DNA of 64,000 bases from an uncultured archaeon (GCA_964486045.1 CAZALK010000001.1:744242-808241); one strand, 5' to 3'. Positions 9,294-18,735 are shown, numbered from the stretch's first letter. The notes: generated by a model not told the origin, from the letters alone. A program made the numbers and translations.

Positions 9294-12245
9294 TTGACAA
9301 CTCTAACTTTAGATACTGAGAGAATTGAAAGTTTAATCCTAAAAGGCATTAATGAAAAAGCAGCTGAAGAAATATTTAATGTTATCGATGAGCATCAAAA
9401 CTTTGCTGATAACGATCTTATTTATAGGTGCTTTAGTTTATTAAACTTGATTTGTGATAAGTCTTCGTCCATTTCGCTAAGAACAGTAAAATATGTACAG
9501 CATTTTATAAATAATTCTGACTCTTGGATACGATTAGTTACTTTAGAAATTTTATATCAGATAAGTATGTTTAGGCCAAATTTATTTATTAATTTAATTA
9601 GTAAAATTAGGGGAAGACTTTACGATCAAGATCCGACAGTGAGAAGACTTACTGTAAAAATTATAGGTAATTTGATTTTAAAATTACATATTGATTTAGA
9701 TGAATTACAAGAAATAATTGAAGAATATACTGAAAAATTAATGGATAATGACTGGAAAGTAAAACTCAATGTGATTAAAACGGTTCAAAATATTTTAAAT
9801 CAAGACTATACAAAAATTAGAAATTTAGAACCTTTGTTATCAATGGTTATTATTAACCTAAGGGATGAAGATGATGATGTTGCGAAAGCAGCTGTAGAGT
9901 TACTAAAAATTCATGGAACATATTTCCTTTCAAAAGAGAAGTTATTTTATATTCTTCTTAACTTGCTGTATAATGAAGAAAATAGAGTAAAAGAATTGAT
10001 AATTTGGCTTTTTGGTGAGATTGGAAAAGAAAAATCTTCTGAAATTATATCTATTATCCCTAAATTAATAAAGCTCTTAAAAGAAAAAGATTATCGTATT
10101 CAACTAAAAGTGATTGAGGCACTTGTTAATATTGCAGAAAATAACTTTGATCAGATATGGGCGAATCTACTGCATTCTTTACAAGGAACTAAGCATTCTT
10201 ATTATAGAAATTCACTAATAAATGCAATATATCAACTCAGTCACAAAAACATTAACATCATTTTTTCTTATTTAATTGATGAATTAGAAAATCCCTCTGA
10301 AATTATTAGGGATGGGATTTCCTTAGTATTTAAACGATTATTTGAAGAATATCAAGTTGAAATAGAAAATGAAATTACAAGAATTTTATATAAACTGGAA
10401 TCACAATATTGGCGTGAAAGGAAGAAAACTATAAATCTACTAAACCAAATTTGTTTCATATTAAAAAATCAAAAAATAGCGGTTTGGATTACTATTGAAC
10501 TCAATAATTCGTTACAAACTGAAAAGGATCCAGAAGTCAAAGATGAAGTATTTTATACACTAGAAAATATTCAGGCAAATTTTAAAAACATCGATACTAC
10601 TATTGAAAGAATTAATAATGATTTAGTTATATTTCAAGGGAAAATACTCAAATTTCAAAAAATACCCGCACAATTTAGGGAAAAACTAAACTCTTATATT
10701 AACAATTTTAAGTTTAATGAAACAGAAGTTCAATTAAATAAAAAGTATAATAAAATTCTAAAAAAGATAAAAAAATTTGATAATATAATTAATAGATTCG
10801 AATTTAAAAGATTAGTATTTGATTTGATTGAAGAGTGGGAGGAAACAAAGGTTCAAATCATTGAGGAATTGAGTATCATAAAAAGTTTTATCTCTGAAAT
10901 CTGTGAAGAGAAAAAAAGCGAATTTTTATTCAAGTTACAAGAAGAAATTAAGTTATTGGATAAACGTATAAGTATTTTAAAAGCTGAGTTTGATTATATA
11001 AAAGAAAATGAATTTAGCGTAGAATTAGATTCTAATATATCTATCCTTACCGGAAATAATGATGAAAATGACAAATTTGTATATATAACTCAAATAAGGA
11101 AAAAGACTTTTAAATTAGATGGTGATATAAGAGAGTTATTGATAAATAATGTTGAATTTGATGATTCCTTTAAAGATCTGCTAAGAAAATGGGTATCAAC
11201 TAAAATTGAGATTCAGGAATACTTAATTGATTTAGATCGACAAATGAAAACAATTAAAGATAGTTTAGTCAGGCAAGTATTCCAGATAAACCAGGTTAAT
11301 AGAACTTCTAATGATATTGGAATTGCTGGCGTGAATGATGAATTAAGAATTCAATTGCTTCAAGGTCATATACAATCTATTATTACTGAGAGAATTGAAG
11401 GTAGCAAGAAATTAAAGGATAACTTTAGTACGTTAACTTCGAAGGTGGAATTTTTAATTAAAAAAAATGAATTCTCAGATGCAAAGAAATTAATTAGATT
11501 AAACTCTTCTCAAATCCAAAACTACATAGAAGAGACAGAAAAACAAATAGAAAACGTTATTGGGAAAGAAAAGGCTCTAGAAGATAATAACATATTCAAT
11601 TTATATGTAAGACCTTACCTTAAGAAATTTTATGCTTCGAAAGATTTATTAATAAATCGGTTAAAGAATTTTGTCAGAAAAAGTGAGAATAAACTCCATC
11701 TAAATCAGATTAAATATTATCGGAAAATTATTAATCCAATTAAATTTGAATTACTTTCATCATATCTAGATTTAGAAAAGGATAAAATAAAGGAGATTGC
11801 TCTTAGATTCATTAATAAAAATAAATTAAATGCCAAAATAATAGATGAAAAACTTTATTATCAAGAACTTGAATCCGATATCCCAGATTCAAAAGAAATT
11901 TTCTTTTTTAAAAATATAAGAACTTCTGGTAATGATATTTATTTAAATTGCAAACTTACTAATCCCTCAAATCTTGAGTTTAGAGATTTTCAGATTTCTT
12001 TAAAAGTGCCTACATATGTTCGTGTACAAAGAGAAGAAAGTTTTCCAAAATATCTCCAACTAAATGAACTGAAACCCGGTAAAGCTTTTAAATTTAATTA
12101 TGTGTTAAAAGTTGATAAACAACAAGAACTAAAGAAGAACTTATTTGACCCCGCTGGTGATGAAATCAAGTTAGAATTATTTTATAGAGACCAATATGAT
12201 AACATGAGAAAGACTACTAAACATATTGAAATCTTTCTACCATAA
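9294..12245 (+). CDS. HEAT-repeat protein with coiled-coil middle, PCI-like winged helix and C-terminal adaptin-appendage-like beta-sandwich
   Basis: HEAT signatures (DQDPTVRR, DNDWKVKL, DEDDDVAKAA); LSSYLDLEKDKIKEIALRFINKNKLNAKI is PCI-like; the C-terminus is beta-rich (LTNPSNLEFRDFQISLKVP). Confidence 0.7.
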   Translation: MTTLTLDTERIESLILKGINEKAAEEIFNVIDEHQNFADNDLIYRCFSLLNLICDKSSSISLRTVKYVQHFINNSDSWIRLVTLEILYQISMFRPNLFINLISKIRGRLYDQDPTVRRLTVKIIGNLILKLHIDLDELQEIIEEYTEKLMDNDWKVKLNVIKTVQNILNQDYTKIRNLEPLLSMVIINLRDEDDDVAKAAVELLKIHGTYFLSKEKLFYILLNLLYNEENRVKELIIWLFGEIGKEKSSEIISIIPKLIKLLKEKDYRIQLKVIEALVNIAENNFDQIWANLLHSLQGTKHSYYRNSLINAIYQLSHKNINIIFSYLIDELENPSEIIRDGISLVFKRLFEEYQVEIENEITRILYKLESQYWRERKKTINLLNQICFILKNQKIAVWITIELNNSLQTEKDPEVKDEVFYTLENIQANFKNIDTTIERINNDLVIFQGKILKFQKIPAQFREKLNSYINNFKFNETEVQLNKKYNKILKKIKKFDNIINRFEFKRLVFDLIEEWEETKVQIIEELSIIKSFISEICEEKKSEFLFKLQEEIKLLDKRISILKAEFDYIKENEFSVELDSNISILTGNNDENDKFVYITQIRKKTFKLDGDIRELLINNVEFDDSFKDLLRKWVSTKIEIQEYLIDLDRQMKTIKDSLVRQVFQINQVNRTSNDIGIAGVNDELRIQLLQGHIQSIITERIEGSKKLKDNFSTLTSKVEFLIKKNEFSDAKKLIRLNSSQIQNYIEETEKQIENVIGKEKALEDNNIFNLYVRPYLKKFYASKDLLINRLKNFVRKSENKLHLNQIKYYRKIINPIKFELLSSYLDLEKDKIKEIALRFINKNKLNAKIIDEKLYYQELESDIPDSKEIFFFKNIRTSGNDIYLNCKLTNPSNLEFRDFQISLKVPTYVRVQREESFPKYLQLNELKPGKAFKFNYVLKVDKQQELKKNLFDPAGDEIKLELFYRDQYDNMRKTTKHIEIFLP

Positions 12246-12373
12246 ATTTTTAATATTACTTTTCCTAATTTTCTTCTTAGTTTTATTCATTTTTTAAATA
12301 AATTATATAGAAAAAATTAATATATCCGCAATTTCTACTTATACCTACTAATATGAGAAGAAAAAACAGATTT

Positions 12374-12380
12374 GAGGTGA
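12374..12380 (+). promoter_or_regulatory. Shine-Dalgarno-like GAGGTGA upstream of selD1
   Basis: GAGGTGA just upstream of ATG 12384; the same motif precedes selD2 (14598-14604). Confidence 0.6.
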
Positions 12381-12383
12381 AGG

Positions 12384-13418
12384 ATGCAAGAGTTAGAAAA
12401 TTATCGATTGACATTGCAAACGAAACTATTTGGTTGAAATTGTAAACTGGATGCGAAAATTTTAGACAGCCTTTTATCTAAAGTAGGTTTAAAAGGAGAT
12501 ATCGAAGATTCTGCTGTAATTCCTGTGCCTAATACCAACCTCGTTATGGTAAAGAACCTTGACATATTCACACCTATCCTAGACGAACCAGAAATAACTG
12601 GAGAGATTGCTGCTGTTAATGTTACTAATGATGTCTTTGCTTTGAATGTTCGCGATATTTCGGGTATGCTCGTATTCCTTGGAATCAAGAAGAACATGCC
12701 AACGTATGTTTCAGAAGGTATACTTCGTGGGATGAAAAATTTCATGGAACACAAAATAAATTCCAAAATCTTAGGGGGTCATACAATATACTCTGAATGG
12801 CCTCTGATAGGTGGAGAAGCTTCAGGATTCGTTGAGAAAAGCAAGATAATACAAAAGAACTATGTTGAATTAGGAGATAAATTAATCCTTACCAAGCCCA
12901 TTGGGAATCAAGCCATTATGGCAGCATATCGTCTACAGAAAAACAACCCCGCCCTTTTAGAAAGTTATTCATCAACCGAAATTGATACTTCAATTGAGAC
13001 CGCAATTAATCTTATGATAACACCGCTTCAAGATGTCGTAAAAACCATATATTCCTACGACGACACATCGTTTATCCATGGAATGACAGACGTGTCTGGA
13101 TTTGGCTTAGCAGGACATTTAAAAGAAATGCTCCAGGATTCACAGCTTTCAGCAGTAATCGAAAAAATCCCAAGTATTAAACTGACACAAGACTTAGCTC
13201 ATGAATTCGGATACAAATATGATGAATGTGAAATGCCTGAGACTGCTGGTGGGATGCTTCTATCTGTAGATCATAAATATGCTAATGAATTCACGGAAAA
13301 ACTAAACAGTGAATACGGAGTGAAAAATTGGATAATAGGGTCGATCGATAACAAAAGCAAACTTAAACATGTTCGCGTTTCCAAAAACGTTGAGCATCTT
13401 GAAATAACTAAAATATAA
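12384..13418 (+). CDS. selD: Selenophosphate synthetase, selenoprotein (Sec at codon 18, TGA 12435-12437), 344 aa
   Basis: MQELENYRLTLQTKLFG-U-NCKL in frame with ORF 12525..13418 places the TGA at the catalytic U/C-x-x-K site. Also DIFTPI, NVTNDVFA, GGHT, LILTKPIG, MTDVSGFGLAGHL and PETAGGML. Confidence 0.95.
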
Positions 13419-13491
13419 CGATGTCGATGAAACAAGCAAAAACGTAGTAATACGAGTGCTTGTTGAGTTTTCCACTGCAATGTGGCATCGT
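13418..13491 (+). promoter_or_regulatory. Eukaryote-type SECIS element in the selD1 3' UTR
   Basis: Helix I ACGATG/CATCGT; core ATGA (13427-13430) and GA (13465-13466); helix II AACAAGCA/TGCTTGTT; apical A-run with mini-stem CGTA-GTAA-TACG. Confidence 0.9.
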
Positions 13492-13559
13492 ACCTTCTTA
13501 AAAAAATTCTTTTTTAAAGTTAAAATTCCATTAGTTCATAGGGATACATTTTCATCATT

Positions 13560-14492
13560 TTGTATTTGGTGTTATTCATAATATTGACAGAAATAAAAGA
13601 AATTCTGAGATTATTGAATGCTACTTCAGAGGATAAAGTTAATTTTAAAGATAAAGTAATTTCTTTTCAAGGTTACAGTTTTATGTTTCGAGATCCCTAC
13701 TTAAAGTCACAAGATTCATATGTAACCGGAAAATTTAGTAGCAAATTCTCTTCGGTGGGATTTTGGAGTGATATCATAAAATATTCTTTAGAAAATCTTA
13801 ACAAAATAAAGAACCTTAATGACCTTAATTTAGAAGATACCAAGCACGATTTTCTTTACGGGGGTTCTTTGAAGACACTCGTGCCATCCTTAAAGTTTGG
13901 AGGGGATGAAGTTTTGTTTGATGTCTGGATACTTGTAAAAACTCCCGAGGGTTTCATTTTTCCCGCAACGCTTTACTATGGTAAAACAGGAACATCGTTA
14001 GGGGGTTGGTATATAGATGATGCCAAGGAAGTATTCCCCCCCGAGTTTTTTTCACTCATCAATTTCAGCCCATTTGATTTCGCACCCGAAGAGCGCAATG
14101 CGTTTATTGAAGCTCTTGAACTCTCACTTAAGATGGTACCCGTTACTGATTATTACGGCATCTGTAAGGGGGAGAATGGCTATACAATTATGGGTGTTAA
14201 AGATGGCAAACCATACCTCAAGGAACTTGGTTGGGTCTATGACGAGGTCAAAGAAGATAGGTCTTTTGACACGACAACAGATTTAAGAAAACGTTATTAT
14301 GTTGAGGGATATTTAGAAGAGCAAAACTTCGCGATTTGGTGTGCTGACTGTATTCTTGAACAAGAAATTGAAGTCCCTCATTATCCAATTTTTGTTCAGG
14401 GATATGAAGATAGCCCAGTTTGCGAGATTTGTGATAAAGAATTGAAAGTAAAAGTAGTTAATTACAGCAATGAACCAAGTGAAGGAGATTAA
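13560..14492 (+). CDS. Hypothetical protein with C-terminal CxxC...CxxC zinc finger; paralog of the broken gene at 37826-38899
   Basis: 310-aa ORF with CADC...CEIC; shares LKFGGDExLFxVxxLxKTP...FPATxY with 38120..38899. True start may be TTG 13584. Confidence 0.7.
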   Translation: MYLVLFIILTEIKEILRLLNATSEDKVNFKDKVISFQGYSFMFRDPYLKSQDSYVTGKFSSKFSSVGFWSDIIKYSLENLNKIKNLNDLNLEDTKHDFLYGGSLKTLVPSLKFGGDEVLFDVWILVKTPEGFIFPATLYYGKTGTSLGGWYIDDAKEVFPPEFFSLINFSPFDFAPEERNAFIEALELSLKMVPVTDYYGICKGENGYTIMGVKDGKPYLKELGWVYDEVKEDRSFDTTTDLRKRYYVEGYLEEQNFAIWCADCILEQEIEVPHYPIFVQGYEDSPVCEICDKELKVKVVNYSNEPSEGD

Positions 14493-14606
14493 GTTTAAAT
14501 CGTTTAATCTTCTTTGTAATATTTAAATCACTCAAAAATTCGAATAATTAAATTTAATCTTTAATTATCTTATTAAGAACAAAATTTTTGTGAAAGTGAG
14601 GTGAAT

Positions 14607-15665
14607 ATGCCTAGAAAAATAGAATATAGGTTAACAAAGCAAGTGAAAATTTTTGGTTGATCATGTAAATTAGGTGCTAATGAATTACATAAATTGCTAG
14701 AGAAAACTGGTTTGGCTGGAGATATTGAAGATGCTGCCATTATTCCTGTTCCTAATACTGACATTGTTCAAGTGAAGAGTTTAGACATTTTTACCCCTAT
14801 CGTTGATGAGCCTAATATAATGGGGCAAATAGCTGCTTGCAATGTAACGAACGATCTTTTCGCAATGAATGTTCCTGAAATATCGGGGATGCTGGTCTTT
14901 TTAGGAATTAGTACTAATACACCAATGGAGGTTGCTGAGGGAATATTAGAAGGAATCAAATATTTTGTGGAAAAAAAGATCCATTCTAAAGTAGTGGGAG
15001 GCCATACTATTTACTCCGAGTGGCCTTTAATCAAAAAAGTTGTCCTTTTTTGAGGGGAGATCGGAGGAGAGGCTTCTGGATTTGTCCACAAGGATTCTAT
15101 AATTTTGAAACAAGGTGTAAAAAAAGGTGATAAGTTGATATTAACAAAACCAGTCGGTATTCAACCAGTAATGGCTGCATATAGAATGTTAAAAGACTTT
15201 CCTGAAATGTTAGAAGAGTTTTCTAAAAAAGAACTTAATAAATCTATCGATATTGCAATTAAGATAATGACTACGTCAAATCAGAATGTGGTGAAGACTA
15301 TTCACTCTCTTAATGATTTTTCATTTATTCATGCAATGACAGACATTACAGGCTTCGGGCTTGCTGGACACATGCTAGAAATTCTTCAGAACTCGAATTT
15401 ATCAGCAATTATTGAAACAATCCCCTCTATTAAACTCTCTGAAAGTTTATCAAAAGAGATGGGTTATGCTTTTGATGAATGTAAATGTGGAGAGACGGCT
15501 GGGGGTATGCTCATGGCGGTCGATTCTTCAAAAACCGAGGATTTTTCACACACTCTCTCAAGTAATGGAATATTGAATTGGATTGTAGGTACTATTGATA
15601 CAATATCTCCTGGACTTGTGAGAATTTCAAAAAATGTTAAAAATTTAGAAATTTCAAGAATATAA
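14607..15665 (+). CDS. selD: Second selenophosphate synthetase, selenoprotein (Sec at codon 18, TGA 14658-14660), split by a 30-nt intron; join(14607..15029,15060..15665), 342 aa
   Basis: MPRKIEYRLTKQVKIFG-U-SCKL; ORFs 14694..15053 and 15105..15665 are in one frame and align end to end with selD1 once 15030-15059 is removed. Confidence 0.92.
15030..15059 (+). other. Archaeal BHB/BHL-type mRNA intron in selD2 (30 nt)
   Basis: Exon helix CTCCGA/TCGGAG, 4-bp central helix CCTT/GGGG, 3-nt bulges TA^A and AG^A, 9-bp intron stem TCAAAAAAG/CTTTTTTGA. Cutting after the second bulge base gives TGG CCT TTA|ATC GGA GGA GAG = WPLIGGE, as in selD1. Confidence 0.88.
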
Positions 15666-15734
15666 CTCCAAAAAGAATGAATTTTGTGAAGAAATGTTAG
15701 TCGCAAAATAACTGCCTAGCAAGGGTATTTGGAG
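15666..15734 (+). promoter_or_regulatory. SECIS-like element in the selD2 3' UTR (variant core)
   Basis: Helix I CTCCAAA/TTTGGAG; ATGA at 15677-15680; helix II ATTTTGTGA/TCGCAAAAT; AAA in the apical loop. The 3' core reads AA rather than GA. Confidence 0.75.
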
Positions 15735-15763
15735 AAAATAATTTAACAAATTGAAAAATCTGC

Positions 15764-16258
15764 TTATAAGAATAATTCCATGAAAATTTCATCTTCATAT
15801 TCTCCGTCTATTTTAACTTGCTCTGTAAGCACTCCTTTCTGGATAAATCCCAAATTTTTATAAAATTTTATTGCTCCAGTATTTTTCGCTCGTACATAGA
15901 TAAGTAGCTTTCTATAACCATTCATACGAGCAAATCGAAATGTATTTTCCGATAGATGTCTTCCTTTGGAGATTCTACGCCACTTAGGGAGTACGAAGGT
16001 TCCAATTTGACCAACATGATCAAATGAATCTGTAAATTTTCCCCATAAATCAAGTGATTGGAATGCAATTATTTGCTTTTCTAATTCTGCAATAAATATT
16101 CCCTCCCGATCTGAAAGAGAAGAGATATAATCCCGCTCTTGTTGAACTGTAAAAGGTTGATTAATAGCGGTAAATTTCCTTTCAGCACAAATTACTTCCC
16201 AAATAGAGGATATCGCTTCAGCATCATCAATGGATGCTTTTCTAATAAGAGTTTTCAT
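15764..16258 (-). CDS. GNAT-family N-acetyltransferase
   Basis: IRKASIDDAEAI, FVLPKWRR and NTGAIKFYKNLGF...G.L...VKIDG.YEDE patterns. Confidence 0.9.
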   Translation of the reverse strand: MKTLIRKASIDDAEAISSIWEVICAERKFTAINQPFTVQQERDYISSLSDREGIFIAELEKQIIAFQSLDLWGKFTDSFDHVGQIGTFVLPKWRRISKGRHLSENTFRFARMNGYRKLLIYVRAKNTGAIKFYKNLGFIQKGVLTEQVKIDGEYEDEIFMELFL

Positions 16259-16310
16259 AGAGATCTTCTTTTATAATTAATAAGGGTTATGTTTTACACT
16301 GAATTTGTAA

Positions 16311-17105
16311 TTATTCTTTTTTAATAATTTCACCATTTAGGTCTAATATTATCTCTTTTATTTCATCCAAGGCTTTATCAACCAGTTTTTCTCCATTCTC
16401 CACATTAAAAGCTGTTATAGAAACCTCAACTTCAACGGATAAACCAATTCTTGGATGAGTTTTGATCCAAAGTTGAGGATATTTATTTTCTAACTCACCC
16501 GTATATGGAGCAATCTGACTTTCTCCAATACCTGAAAATAGAAATCCCTTTTCTATAAACTTTCCTTGTTTCTCTTTCAAAATAGGCGTTATCACATTTC
16601 TAAATATTGATTTTAACTCTGTAGGCACTCCCGGTAATATGTAAATATGTATCCCGCCCTCTTCAATTTTAACCCCTGGGGCCGTTCCTATGGTATTGGG
16701 TAGCGGAATAGAGCCTTGGGGAAGATATGCCATTTTTTCTCGTTCTTTTGTCATTCCATCAAGCTTTAAAATATCCCTATCATAAGCGTGTTTATACATT
16801 TTCTTTATAGAGGAAAACGCATGTTTATTTAGTTCCAACTTCCTATTTAAACCCATTGCAATGCCTTCTAAAGTCATGTCATCAAAAGTTGGACCTAATC
16901 CTCCTGATGTTATTACTATATCTGGTTTTCTTTTTAAAACTTCTTGTAGTGCACTAGATATGGTATTCAAGTCATCTCCCACTGTAGTTATTCTTCGAAG
17001 TCGATGACCATATCGAGCAATCCTTTTTGCCATCCAATTTGAATTACTATCTACTGTTTTACCAATCAAAATTTCATTTCCAATGATTAAAAATTCAACT
17101 TCCAT
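16311..17105 (-). CDS. CinA-like molybdopterin-binding domain protein
   Basis: IIGNEILIGKTVDSNS, VGDD, TSGGLGPTFDDMT, GTAPG and LPGVPTE. Confidence 0.9.
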   Translation of the reverse strand: MEVEFLIIGNEILIGKTVDSNSNWMAKRIARYGHRLRRITTVGDDLNTISSALQEVLKRKPDIVITSGGLGPTFDDMTLEGIAMGLNRKLELNKHAFSSIKKMYKHAYDRDILKLDGMTKEREKMAYLPQGSIPLPNTIGTAPGVKIEEGGIHIYILPGVPTELKSIFRNVITPILKEKQGKFIEKGFLFSGIGESQIAPYTGELENKYPQLWIKTHPRIGLSVEVEVSITAFNVENGEKLVDKALDEIKEIILDLNGEIIKKE

Positions 17106-17232
17106 TGATAAATCAACACATGAGTTTAATTAAAATCATATTATTTTCTAAATAATTTAGTTTTATAAAACTTGATATATATTATTAATTTACATTATTT
17201 CCAACAAATTGAATAAGTAATTTTAAATTCAT

Positions 17233-17790
17233 ATGGCAATTGAAATCGATGATGCAGGAACCGGTGATTTAGTAGGAGATGCTTTTATAGGTTTTTTAAG
17301 AAAAAAATCCGGGGAGTTAATTTTTAAAACTATACCTGTAGATTTATTTAAGGGAGAAAATTGGAAAAACAAGAAGCCATTTTCAGAAACTGTAAATTTA
17401 GTTAAAGAAGGTCTAAACGAGTTAAATTTCCAGAGGGATGCTGAAGTAATCCGTCTGTGCAGAGGGAATATCTTTGATCAAGTTCGAGCTTACTTTTTAG
17501 AAGAAGGTATAAATTATGAAGACGCTATAGTTGAAGGCAAATTACAAGACGCTGTTGAAGGTAAATTAGTTGAACATCTCAGAAATGATTTAGGGGTGAG
17601 ATCAAAGAATTTAACTAAAAAGAGTGGAGCGAAACGATATTTTGTGCTTTTTAATTGGGTTTGTTACAACTTCCCTAAAAGAGAAATGTATGTCAAATCA
17701 GGATTTAAGAAATGGAATACTGTTTGGAGAGATCGAGCAATTGAAAAGTTTGATGAGATAAAAAAATCAAAAAATAATAAGCGCTATTAA
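17233..17790 (+). CDS. Conserved hypothetical protein with an RNase H-like N-terminal motif
   Basis: IEIDDAGTGDLVG resembles the RNase HII GIDEAGRG motif; also LCRGNIFD. Confidence 0.6.
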   Translation: MAIEIDDAGTGDLVGDAFIGFLRKKSGELIFKTIPVDLFKGENWKNKKPFSETVNLVKEGLNELNFQRDAEVIRLCRGNIFDQVRAYFLEEGINYEDAIVEGKLQDAVEGKLVEHLRNDLGVRSKNLTKKSGAKRYFVLFNWVCYNFPKREMYVKSGFKKWNTVWRDRAIEKFDEIKKSKNNKRY

Positions 17791-17874
17791 TTCACTGGAA
17801 ATAATTGAAAAGAATTAGGATAGAAATGTTTAGAATTTCTAATTACAATATAACATTAATAAATTTGAAAACTT

Positions 17875-18549
17875 TTAGTTTAATGTAGTTCCACAACTCT
17901 TACACAATTGAGCATCTTTAGGATTTTTATCATATCCACAGGCAAAGCAAATCAAATTTTTATCATTTTCTGGTTGTTCAAAATCAATTCTTTCTTGTTT
18001 TGGCAAAGAATGTTGTTCTTGAGATGGATTTTTTCCTGGACTAAGGTGCTTTTTAACAAAGTCATCATCATGAGGAGTTATTATTTTAAAATCATTTGAG
18101 GTTTGAATCTCTTTAAATCCATCAGGGATAACCTTCAAATCAGAATTTTTATCTATTTTAGTTTCTTTATCCTCAACTGTTTTCTCTGGGCTTATTTCTT
18201 CTGAAAGCTTAATTTCAGGAAATTGAGACTTAAATTTTTCTTTTTGAATTATTTCTGAAGATTCATTTTTATGAATATCCTCTTCTTGTGTGTAGCCATC
18301 ATTTTCAAACAAAATTTTATCTTTTTGGCCTGCTTTTAAGTTTTTAATGTGTTCAACAATTCCTTTTGTTCTATTAATAAGCATATTCCTAAAGGTCGAA
18401 TCAATTACCTTTGATTTAGAAAATTTAAGTGTAATTTCAGAAATTTCCAACCATAGTTTTATAGCTGAATCAATTTCATTTCTTTTCTCGTAGTTTTTTG
18501 CTAACCCAACCTTAGTTTTCAATTCATTGTTAAATTTTGTTATATCCAT
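17875..18549 (-). CDS. MIT-like three-helix domain, disordered linker and C-terminal zinc ribbon
   Basis: LAKNYEKRNEIDSAIKLW...IVEHIKNLK helical domain; CFAC...CKSC at the end. Confidence 0.65.
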   Translation of the reverse strand: MDITKFNNELKTKVGLAKNYEKRNEIDSAIKLWLEISEITLKFSKSKVIDSTFRNMLINRTKGIVEHIKNLKAGQKDKILFENDGYTQEEDIHKNESSEIIQKEKFKSQFPEIKLSEEISPEKTVEDKETKIDKNSDLKVIPDGFKEIQTSNDFKIITPHDDDFVKKHLSPGKNPSQEQHSLPKQERIDFEQPENDKNLICFACGYDKNPKDAQLCKSCGTTLN

Positions 18550-18735
18550 TAGTGAATCTATCCCATCTTCTTTAGTTTACAAGTTTAACATGGTAATTCA
18601 AGTTATTAAATATTTATTCGAATTCTAACTTAATATTTAAGCTAAAAATTAAATTTTTATTTCGAATCACTACTAGATATTTAAGGATTATAATTTCTGA
18701 TTAACATAACTTAATTCATAGAAACCACAATAACA

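Noticed and set aside
15051-15053. Reading this TGA simply as a second selenocysteine or as a pseudogene stop
   Set aside because: It lies in a 10-codon insert absent from selD1 whose ends coincide with BHB cleavage sites, so an intron explains it better. Readthrough is kept only as a secondary hypothesis.
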